Assembly: GCF_001663375.1 (NCBI RefSeq)
Contig: NZ_LCTF01000006.1
Span: forward strand, 12,379 to 52,378
DNA: 40,000 nt
Reading direction: 5' to 3'
DNA from: Caldivirga sp. MU80
GTDB taxonomy: Archaea > Thermoproteota > Thermoprotei > Thermoproteales > Thermocladiaceae
Part shown: one piece after another, positions 20,483 to 28,717 of the stretch
Numbering within the stretch: position 1 is the first letter of the stretch
Layout: each line of letters begins with the position of its first letter
Notes under the pieces: model-generated
Database searches by the model: none
What the model saw: the letters and a program-made list of their open reading frames with translations, nothing else
Told to the model about the DNA's origin: nothing
Program-made: the position numbers and the translations under genes

Positions 20483-21757
20483 GTGGTGGGTATGGTGTCC
20501 CCTGTGATTGTTGCGGTCGCCCTAATCGCATGGGCCTTCTCAGTGCACCTACCCCTAGTCTACACTGTGCTTGGCCTAGGTTGGTTGCTGCCGACGCTTG
20601 AGTTAATTGGTTATAGGAGTGGTAGGAGGGTTTACGTTGATGTGGCCCATGGCTTATCAAGCTACCTGATAGCCGTATATGCCATTGGAGGTGTCTTCGG
20701 GACTATAGTAACAGTGTTCCTGGCAGGTCTACTACCCGTCTTCACCAACATAGCTGGTGTCCTTCTTTGGCCGGTTTGGGGTGTTGCCATAGTGTTTGGT
20801 GTCGCTATTGCGCTACCCTTCATAGGGTTCTACAATAGGACCTTCGGTAGGGTGAGCCCGATGAGGCACATTGCCATAGGCTACGGCATGGCCATCGCCT
20901 TAACGGTTATACCAGCCATGTTTAGGCTTGTGTTCGCCTACATAAACTACCCAGTGGGCACCTCAATAACCCCAAGCAGCACCTCAAACACAGGCTTCAC
21001 CCTATCCGTAAACGTAATGGAGGCGTTGGGCAATCCAACGTATCCACCGCTGTTGCTAGCCACCATATTTGGCGCCATAGCAATGACAGGCGTATTAGTC
21101 TCATCGATACATGGGTGGAGGTATGCCTCAAGCAGGAGCGAGTATCATGAGGTTGGCCACAGGGTCGGTAATATGGTTGGCCTCATCTTCGGTGTCCTTT
21201 ACTCAATATTCGCATTCTGGTACCTATACACAGTCTACCAGTACTCACCCACAATGGCCTGGTCAATATTCGGCTACCCACCTTCATACTTACCATCAGC
21301 CTTCTACAGCGTCTATAAGCCAACCTTCACGTTAAGCTGGATGCTCTACATGAACATAGCCCTCGGCCTAATCATACTTGCGCTGCTGCTGATTTCACTT
21401 AAGGTGGTTAGCAGGCCCGTTGAGGCGCTTAAGCTTGTATTAACACCATTGCTAATGGACTCTGCCGAGTTGATGAATGGCTTAGCCCACATGCCCTATG
21501 CCGTAGTCCCACCTGTAAGCGCCGCTGAGGCGTTGATTAAGACCTATGGGTTAGACTTCACCCTTAACGTGGCTAAGTGGCTGACCGTTAGCCAACTCCT
21601 AACCCCAGAGATTAACGCTCTACTTAATGTGGTGTCCGTTGAGCCTGGTTTACTGGTGGGTAGCCTAGTCTTCTTCGCCTTCTTTAACGTACTGCTGCTC
21701 TACGTAATATACGCCGCCTTATCCTGGAGAAGGACAACCACGGCCATGGGGGTTTAA
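20483..21757 (+). CDS. CydA-like second subunit (CydA') of a bd-type oxidase
   Basis: 424 aa polytopic protein starting 3 nt after the cydA stop. Its N-terminal half parallels subunit I: FSVHLPLV vs LAHLGLA, TLELIGYRSGRR vs VAEFLYITRHDE, GGVFGTIVTVF vs GAAFGTLVEFG. I found no KLAAIE-type segment. Confidence 0.6.
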   Translation: MVGMVSPVIVAVALIAWAFSVHLPLVYTVLGLGWLLPTLELIGYRSGRRVYVDVAHGLSSYLIAVYAIGGVFGTIVTVFLAGLLPVFTNIAGVLLWPVWGVAIVFGVAIALPFIGFYNRTFGRVSPMRHIAIGYGMAIALTVIPAMFRLVFAYINYPVGTSITPSSTSNTGFTLSVNVMEALGNPTYPPLLLATIFGAIAMTGVLVSSIHGWRYASSRSEYHEVGHRVGNMVGLIFGVLYSIFAFWYLYTVYQYSPTMAWSIFGYPPSYLPSAFYSVYKPTFTLSWMLYMNIALGLIILALLLISLKVVSRPVEALKLVLTPLLMDSAELMNGLAHMPYAVVPPVSAAEALIKTYGLDFTLNVAKWLTVSQLLTPEINALLNVVSVEPGLLVGSLVFFAFFNVLLLYVIYAALSWRRTTTAMGV

Positions 21758-21799
21758 TGCCCAGCGCCCGGGCCTTTCCCAGTGTCAAATCTTAATCAT

Positions 21800-23530
21800 T
21801 ATTCTTCCATTCCTCTCCGATGAGAACAACCTCATTAGGGCATCCCTGGCCTCATTAAGGTTGAAGTACCTATGACCCCCTCCCTACCTCGGGGAGGTAG
21901 GGTTAATCTTGGGGGTCTCGATTGTTACCCCCTCCATGGGGGTTAATGGTTTCACGCCGTTTGTTGTTACTATGTAGCTCAGTATCTTCTTTGGTATTGG
22001 TACTTCGTAACCTACCCTCTTCGCTATGTTTCTTGCCGCGTTTAGATCGGCATTGATTTTAATACCCGTTACTGGGCATATGTACAATCCACGCATTACT
22101 CTCCCGTTTTCATGCTTCATGCTGCATATTGAGCATTGCCTACTAGTACCGTACTCATTCACCATGTTTAGCCTTATCCCGTATTCCTCAAGAACATCAC
22201 CAAGCCAATTAACGATTTTATTAAACCACCAAATGTTCACATTATACTCATTGCTGTTACTTTTGTTCACCATGTATGGGTAGCCAACGAACACCTCGTC
22301 AATGCTCATCTGCCACAGTGTCTTCGCCAAGAACCTAATTGCAGTCCTGTAGTAGTGTCTTAGCCTTTCATGCTGCTTGTATTCAGCGTGTAGGTAGTAT
22401 GCGTGGTACTTGCGCCATGTCTTGAAGCCACGATTCCTTAGCCAGTCTCTTATTGCCTGGTAAGTGCCTACTTCCCTCTTCCAGTAATAGTACTCAGCCT
22501 TAATCGTCGAGCCCTTGATTAAAATCGCAGTATCACTGTGATTAAACACCACTGCGAATAGGTTATTCAAGCCAACATCAATAAACGCCTTATTACCACC
22601 CTTGGGTTTTTCAATTTGAATCTTCTCATAGATGCCCTTCACGTAACCCCTCGGGTTACTCCTAGCAGGCTTCTCACCAACACTAACCGGCACATAGGCG
22701 AACCACCTACCATCCTCAAACCTAATCACCAACGTGCCCTGTTTACCAGCCCACTTGATTCTACCAGCGTACTTGATTCTTAAATTCCAGTCCTTGAGGA
22801 CTAAATAGCCCTCCCCACCATTGATTGGCTCCAAGTAATACCTATCATTCCTAACCAGAACCTTAGTTCCCTCTTCCCTAGGAGTCTGTCCTTCCAAAAA
22901 CCAGGTGGTGATGGTTTATTCATGAACTTCAGTAGCTTGCCTTGTTCATACTGCCTAGATAGTTCGAAGAATGAATTCCACATCCAATTATTCAGGTTAA
23001 TCACTTGACCAGCATTAACACCCAACACACTCTTATACCTGTGGTAGTATTCGTGCTCCGTACCCTTAAAATCAACATGCTTACCTTCCCTCCACTGAAT
23101 CAGCCTAGCGTAATTCAACTCATTCCAAAGCCTAGCTGTTGTGTCGGCGATTCTTCTTAGCCTTCTCTCTTGAGAGCCATTAGGCAGTAGCCTAAGCCTA
23201 ACAGTGCGCATATTTTCATCTCTCAATTTCCTACTCCCCTTTAGTTTAGGAGTGGAGGAGGAGGGAGTGCCTGGGTTGGTGGAAACAGTGGGGTATCGAC
23301 CCACCGGCTCATCCAAAGAGATTGAACCCCCTCCCGGAGGCACCAACCCAAGCACCGAGAAAACACAAGGCAAAGGAGGAATTAAAGAGTAACCAGAAGC
23401 AAAAATACTGGACAATAGACTAAAACTTTAAGCTAACTCAGTTTAGCAAACACCTTAAACCCCACCGCAAACAACGAGCCTTAGGTCGTTTAAGTCATTC
23501 CTCTCGAAGACCACAGCCCTCATAGCTTAA
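21800..23530 (-). mobile_element. TnpB-only IS200/IS605-family (IS1341-like) element; boundaries approximate
   Basis: Contains the tnpB reading frames, no tnpA, and a 9-bp hairpin on the stop codon. Related 30-nt segments in direct orientation lie at 21808-21838 and 23496-23525. Confidence 0.6.
21884..23211 (-). pseudogene. tnpB: tnpB (IS605 OrfB-type RNA-guided nuclease family), split by a -1 frameshift near 22860-22870
   Basis: The N-terminal part starts at the ATG at 23211 (MRTVRLRLLPNGSQERRLRRIADTTARLWNELNY...PPGFWKDRLLGKRELR). The C-terminal part continues in the -1 frame (VLVRNDRYYLEP...AFIDVGLNNLFAVV...TSRQCSICS...YICP...INADLNAARNIAKRVG). RuvC-I D, the Cys-rich finger and the RuvC-III D contexts are all present. 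Confidence 0.8.
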
Positions 23531-23636
23531 TATCCGAAATTGGGTAATTAAACCTAACTCGAGGACTCTGAAAGAATGGAAAACCTGACGGAATAGGGAA
23601 TATTATTTGCGATAAAAGGTGGTTTTTCTCTATTTT

Positions 23637-24806
23637 TTAATATCCAAATAACTTGCTTAGGTACGTCTGCATCCAGCGGTCCTTCTGAACCGTGTACTCA
23701 CGCTTGGGTTCAGGGTCCTTAATTGGCTTAGGAGTCTGCTGTGTATAGTCAAACCCAAACTGGAGACTTAACGTCTCTAACCTACCCTCAATATTGCCTA
23801 GGTACGCCCACCCAACGAAGGCGTATTGGACATTAACCCTATCGCCAACCCCCAGATCCTCAAGAATCTTATTCACGGCGAATAGGGTGCTTTCAAAGGC
23901 AATCTCCTGGTTCTTCGGGTAGGGTAACTTAGCCGCGTCACCGGCCGCCAACACATCATCGTACTTAACGTGCCTCAGGTCCGTTGGTGATCTGACTTCG
24001 AACCAATTATCACCAAGTCCAGCGTCCCTTATGAATGAGGGTGCCCTATTGGGCTCCAGCATAGCTAGTACGTCGAACTTATACCTCTCACCACTCCTCG
24101 TAACTACCTCATTACTGCTTAACTCGGTTATATCCTGGTTCGTAACCAGCTCTATGCCAGCCTTATCGTAAAGCTCCTTAACCTTATCCGCTATTATGGG
24201 CGGCTGTGTCTTGTCATTGGCATCCACGTGAATTATCCTAACCCTATCCCTAACACCCCTATGTTTAAGCACCGTGTGAGCCAGTAGGGCGGTCTCTGTG
24301 GGTGCAGGGGCGCAGCGGTATGGAGCCTTTGGGGCATATATGAGCACTGTGCCTTGGTTAATGCTCCATAGCTTACTCTTAAGCTCAGTCAACATACCTG
24401 GGTCGTAGACGTTACTGTTAACCCACCACCACTTCCCATACCCAGTAATCCCACTGCCATCGAAGACCACGCCGGGCGCCACTATAAGGTAGTCATAGCT
24501 TAACGCACCGCCTGCTGTGCCGTAGGGTGGGGATTCAACATACTTAACAACCCTATTACCAGGGTCAATGCTGGACACGGCACCGTAAACCACCTTAATA
24601 CCCAGGGAACCGACGTAGCCGTAACCCCTAATTATCCTCTCAAACCTCTCCTCATCCGTAAGTATTAATGGCCTTGTTGGACCACTAACGTAGTAAGGCT
24701 CCTTAGTTAATACAATCACCTCTACCTTATCCCTCAGCCTCGAGGCTAACGTTGTGGCTGCGGTTAGGCCAGCTATCCCACCACCAATCACAACCACCTT
24801 AGCCAT
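23637..24806 (-). CDS. FAD-dependent sulfide:quinone oxidoreductase / flavocytochrome-c-sulfide-dehydrogenase-like flavoprotein
   Basis: 389 aa. [17 protein letters not shown] motif, [11 protein letters not shown] cysteine motif and C-terminal AAGDAA. Confidence 0.75.
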   Translation of the reverse strand: MAKVVVIGGGIAGLTAATTLASRLRDKVEVIVLTKEPYYVSGPTRPLILTDEERFERIIRGYGYVGSLGIKVVYGAVSSIDPGNRVVKYVESPPYGTAGGALSYDYLIVAPGVVFDGSGITGYGKWWWVNSNVYDPGMLTELKSKLWSINQGTVLIYAPKAPYRCAPAPTETALLAHTVLKHRGVRDRVRIIHVDANDKTQPPIIADKVKELYDKAGIELVTNQDITELSSNEVVTRSGERYKFDVLAMLEPNRAPSFIRDAGLGDNWFEVRSPTDLRHVKYDDVLAAGDAAKLPYPKNQEIAFESTLFAVNKILEDLGVGDRVNVQYAFVGWAYLGNIEGRLETLSLQFGFDYTQQTPKPIKDPEPKREYTVQKDRWMQTYLSKLFGY

Positions 24807-24961
24807 ACGTGAACTTGGACTGAGGGTTAATAAATCTTTTCCGAGTCAAATATTCATTATTCTTTGGCGTGGTCAAATTTGTGACATAAAATTCCCTAAC
24901 ATTTTTGATTAGTGAAATATTTCAACGGTAATGCTTAAAATTATCCAGTTTAGTATCCGAC

Positions 24962-26032
24962 ATGGTTAAGAGGATTGGCATATCCTTCGCGGTGGGTAGG
25001 AGGGAGACTGTTCCAAGGACCATGGAGATTATGAAGAAGGCGGCTGAGCTCGGCTTCACTGAGGCTTGGTCTGGCGTGGGGCTTGATACCCTGGAGATTG
25101 TTAAGGAGATTGCTAAGCTAGCTAACTCACTGGGCTACTACTACTTCGTCGATATAAACCCCAAGGTACTCTCAGACCTGGGCGCCTCCCCAGGCGACCT
25201 GGGTGTTTTCAAGAGGATTGGGGTTGGGGGTGTTAGGGCTGATTGGGGGTTTAACCTGGAGCAGCTAGCCGCAATGGCTAATAATGACCTTGGCCTCAAG
25301 GTTGAGTTAAACGCAAGTGTGTTCCCGGTTGACGAATTAGATAACTTACTGAAGCTCGTTAAAAAGCCGGAGAACCTAATGGCGAGCCACGACTGGTATC
25401 CGTGGGAATACACTGGGTTAAGCCTTAATGACGCCCTGGCCAAGTCTAAGGAATTCCATGATAGGGGTATACCAGTGGGCATATTCATATCCGTTAAGGA
25501 TGGTGAGAGGACTACGGTTGAAGGCCTTAGGCATATGGATATTGAGAACTCGGCAACAATACTCTTGAACTCGAAATACATAGACAGGGTCCTCATAGGG
25601 GACCCATTACCCACAGACGAAGACCTAGTTAAGGTTGCCAACGCCAGGAAGAGGACTAGAATAAGGGTTGTGGTTTACGATGGTTTAACTGAAGAGGAGG
25701 CTAAGGTGTTTAATAGGGAGTTTAGGGATGTTAGGATTAAGGAGAAGACCATTGGCCTAACAGCCGGTGGTAAGAATAGCATTAAGCCAAGGAACATTGT
25801 GAGGAGGTTTAAAGGAGCAGTGACTGTGATTAACAATAACCCAGATTACATACAGGTCTGGATATTTAAGGAGGATGCTCCACCAGACCCCAGGTTCAAC
25901 GTGATAGGTGAGGTGTACCCGGAGGACATGGTTATCATTGAGCATCTTGCTGAAAGAACCAGGAGCATACTGTCAGTGCCAACTGGCGAGGAGGAGGTTC
26001 CCGTGGTTCTAATACCTTATAAATCCGCTTAA
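24962..26032 (+). CDS. DUF871 / MupG-like (6-phospho-N-acetylmuramidase family) protein
   Basis: 356 aa. GVGGVRADWGFNLEQLAAMANN, KVELNASV and LMASHDWYPWEYTGLSL match my memory of the DUF871 core (glRlDyGf..., LNAS, acHNfYPr..TGLs). Confidence 0.65.
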   Translation: MVKRIGISFAVGRRETVPRTMEIMKKAAELGFTEAWSGVGLDTLEIVKEIAKLANSLGYYYFVDINPKVLSDLGASPGDLGVFKRIGVGGVRADWGFNLEQLAAMANNDLGLKVELNASVFPVDELDNLLKLVKKPENLMASHDWYPWEYTGLSLNDALAKSKEFHDRGIPVGIFISVKDGERTTVEGLRHMDIENSATILLNSKYIDRVLIGDPLPTDEDLVKVANARKRTRIRVVVYDGLTEEEAKVFNREFRDVRIKEKTIGLTAGGKNSIKPRNIVRRFKGAVTVINNNPDYIQVWIFKEDAPPDPRFNVIGEVYPEDMVIIEHLAERTRSILSVPTGEEEVPVVLIPYKSA

Positions 26033-26068
26033 CTTAAAAACCCCTCAACAGCGTTAAGTGAGGGTCCC

Positions 26069-26989
26069 TTGGGTTGGTTAAACAGGGACGTTATATCAGC
26101 CCTGGACTTCAATAGGGAAGACTTGGTGACGCTCTTCAATGAGGCTAGGGAAATGGAGAAGTACGCCAGGTCAAGGTTAAACATACTTGAAGGTAAGATA
26201 ATGGCCACGGCTTTCTTCGAACCAAGCACAAGAACTAGGCTAAGCTTCGAGACGGCTATGATAAGGCTTGGTGGGCATGTGCTTGGATTCGGCTCGGTGG
26301 AGGCTTCATCCATGGCTAAGGGTGAGAGCTTGGGGGACACCATCAGGATGCTCGACTCCTACTCAGACGTGATAGTGATTAGGCATAGCCTTGAGGGGGC
26401 CGCCAAGTACGCTGCTGAGATAGCCACGGTGCCCGTCATCAACGCTGGTGACGGTACCCAGAACCACCCAACACAGGCTATGCTGGACGCCTACACAATT
26501 TGGAGGGAGTTCGAGAGGATTGACGGATTGACCATAGGGGTGCTGGGTGACTTGAGGTACGCCAGGGTGGTTGTATCGTTAATACAGCTGCTTAGCAACT
26601 TCAACGTTAAGCTACGCCTAATATCACCTGAACTGCTTAGGCCGAGGAGGGAGCTGGTTGACTTCATGAATAGTAGAGGCATGAGCTATAGTATGCATTC
26701 AAACCTAAGTGAGGTGTTGGGTGAGTTAGACGTCCTTTACGTGGTTAGGATTCAGAGGGAGAGGTTCCCAGACCCCGTTGAATATGAGAGGGTTAGGGGA
26801 AGCTTCAGGGTTACCCCAGAGACACTTGCCGGCGCCAAGGACACTTTAATAGTACTCCACCCACTACCCAGGGTTGATGAGGTTGACCACAGGCTGGACT
26901 CTACCAAGTACGCAAGGTACTTTAGGCAATCGGCACTGGGGGTACCATTAAGGATGGCCCTACTCAAACTGATACTGAAGGGTGAATAG
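26069..26989 (+). CDS. pyrB: Aspartate carbamoyltransferase catalytic chain
   Basis: 306 aa. [13 protein letters not shown] and HPLPRVDE motifs. TTG is the only start-type codon after the in-frame upstream stop. Confidence 0.92.
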   Translation: MGWLNRDVISALDFNREDLVTLFNEAREMEKYARSRLNILEGKIMATAFFEPSTRTRLSFETAMIRLGGHVLGFGSVEASSMAKGESLGDTIRMLDSYSDVIVIRHSLEGAAKYAAEIATVPVINAGDGTQNHPTQAMLDAYTIWREFERIDGLTIGVLGDLRYARVVVSLIQLLSNFNVKLRLISPELLRPRRELVDFMNSRGMSYSMHSNLSEVLGELDVLYVVRIQRERFPDPVEYERVRGSFRVTPETLAGAKDTLIVLHPLPRVDEVDHRLDSTKYARYFRQSALGVPLRMALLKLILKGE

Positions 26990-27101
26990 GCCGCTGAAAT
27001 GCCAAACCGATGAGTAATGGTTTAATAGTATTTAGTACGCAGAGGCGATGAGGTTATGATGAAATGTTTATAAATCTAGGGTATTCCCTTAAAAATTAAT
27101 T

Positions 27102-27806
27102 GTGGTTAAGGTTCCGGTTAAACTGGTTACCTGGGATGACATAGTGACCTGGGCCTCAACGCTGGCTGGTAAAATAATCGAGAGTAGGTGGATGCCGGAC
27201 ATAGTAGTAGCTATAGCCAGAGGGGGGTATGTACCAGCTAGGCTACTCTGTGACCACATGGGGATTAATGACCTCGTTAGCCTGCAGGTGGTTCACTGGC
27301 CCAGTAGCGCCCAGGTGGCTGAGAAGGCCTACATAAAGTACCCCGTGGCCCAAATGGACCTTAACGGTAAGAGGGTTCTAATCGTGGATGACATTGTTGA
27401 CACAGGTGACAGTGTGTTAATAGCTAGGGACCATGTGCTGTCAAGGTGGCCCAAGGCTGATGTGAGGACTGGTGCACTTCAATGGATATCCACAGTGGCC
27501 AAGTTTAAGCCGGATTACTATGCATATGAGGTTAAGGATTGGGTTTGGTTCATGTACCCATGGAACCTCACCGAGGATCTATCTAACTTCATAACTAGGA
27601 TAATGGTGGAGGAGTATAAGGCCAGTGGTAAGGTTAACTGGAGTTTACTGGAGTTGACTGAGAAGTTAAGTGAGTGGTATGGTGATGAGATACTTAAGGT
27701 GCCTGTATCATACTTAGGTAAGGCCTTAGCTAACCTGGAGAGGAATGGTGTTGTTTTAAGGCTGAGGGAGGGTAACGTTGACCTCATTAAACTGGCTAAG
27801 GGTTAA
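27102..27806 (+). CDS. Purine-type (6-oxopurine/xanthine-guanine-like) phosphoribosyltransferase with an extra C-terminal domain of about 80 aa
   Basis: 234 aa. PRPP loop VLIVDDIVDTGDS, N-terminal IARGGYVPARLL. GTG start. Confidence 0.75.
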   Translation: MVKVPVKLVTWDDIVTWASTLAGKIIESRWMPDIVVAIARGGYVPARLLCDHMGINDLVSLQVVHWPSSAQVAEKAYIKYPVAQMDLNGKRVLIVDDIVDTGDSVLIARDHVLSRWPKADVRTGALQWISTVAKFKPDYYAYEVKDWVWFMYPWNLTEDLSNFITRIMVEEYKASGKVNWSLLELTEKLSEWYGDEILKVPVSYLGKALANLERNGVVLRLREGNVDLIKLAKG

Positions 27807-27973
27807 CACCTAAGGCCTTTACATTAATCAAGTTGTTAAAAGTTTAAACCAACACCTACCATTAAGCCCCAGCCCATTTATCATTCAACTCTTTATAAAC
27901 CATTTTCTTATGATCGATATATTTAAATATTATTAGCGTAATACTTAAAAATGGGTTGAAAGTATAGGATACT

Positions 27974-28576
27974 GTGAGTCAGAATCAAGGGGGCTTAGTA
28001 CCAGGGATAATAGTGGATATATTGTATTGGGGCGGCATATTAACGGTACTTGCAATAGCCTACACGATAGACTACATGCTGATACACCTATGGCTTTATG
28101 GAACCGCCACATTAAACATAGTGCTCGACGCTTTAATACTAGCGTCATTACTATCCTTCGACGCGCTATCACTAACCTCAACCATACTTTTCATTAAAAA
28201 CGTGAGGAGTAGGGCTAACATGTGGATACTCCTAATCTACGCCATCGGTGCCTTCGTGGTTTTAACCTACTACACGTACATGGTTATGGCTAACCACACG
28301 GCTATACTAGTTGAGGTTTATGGTCAAGGTGTAGTTGGGGATAAGTACATTGGATACGGCATAGTCCTCTACAACCTAGGTGTGGCACTGTTAACCTGGC
28401 TTGTAATTCAAGGCAAAGGCACCCTAGACAGGTTACGCTCAATACCAATAATATTAACTCCCTCCCCGCCACTGCACAACAATAAGGGGGCTAACACGAG
28501 GAGGGAGAAGGAGTGTTCCGTTGTTGATGTTTACGATGAGGATGGGAACAGGATAAGCGAAATCTACAACTGCTAA
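27974..28576 (+). CDS. Hypothetical polytopic membrane protein
   Basis: 200 aa, about 5 hydrophobic spans, hydrophilic C-tail. GTG start. No family recognised. Confidence 0.5.
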   Translation: MSQNQGGLVPGIIVDILYWGGILTVLAIAYTIDYMLIHLWLYGTATLNIVLDALILASLLSFDALSLTSTILFIKNVRSRANMWILLIYAIGAFVVLTYYTYMVMANHTAILVEVYGQGVVGDKYIGYGIVLYNLGVALLTWLVIQGKGTLDRLRSIPIILTPSPPLHNNKGANTRREKECSVVDVYDEDGNRISEIYNC

Positions 28577-28717
28577 AGAGTCAGAATCAAAGGTAACTAC
28601 CCATTTAGATTACGGTTATTCAATGGGTATGCGAAATTGCTTATTTTTCATAGTCACATTGACGAATGGGGATTTATTGTAGTTCTTAGCATAAACTGAT
28701 TACCCTAGTTTTTCAAG

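Noticed and set aside
23273-23349. 77-nt segment with a 7-9-bp acceptor-like closing stem, considered as a tRNA gene.
   Set aside because: No D-arm or T-arm (no GTTC-type loop with a complementary stem) can be drawn on either strand, and the only good hairpin is misplaced for an anticodon arm. Kept only as an IS-end structure.
23212-23415. N-terminal 68-codon extension of the 204-aa track ORF upstream of the tnpB Met.
   Set aside because: TnpB homology begins at MRTVRLRL (ATG at 23211). The extension (Pro/Ser/Gly-rich) covers the structured left-end region and has a promoter-like A/T box inside it, so it is most likely non-coding.
27056-27062. Perfect C-box heptamer AUGAUGA between pyrB and the PRTase gene, as a possible C/D-box sRNA.
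   Set aside because: No CUGA D box within about 70 nt downstream on that strand, and no terminal stem. It is probably a chance occurrence.
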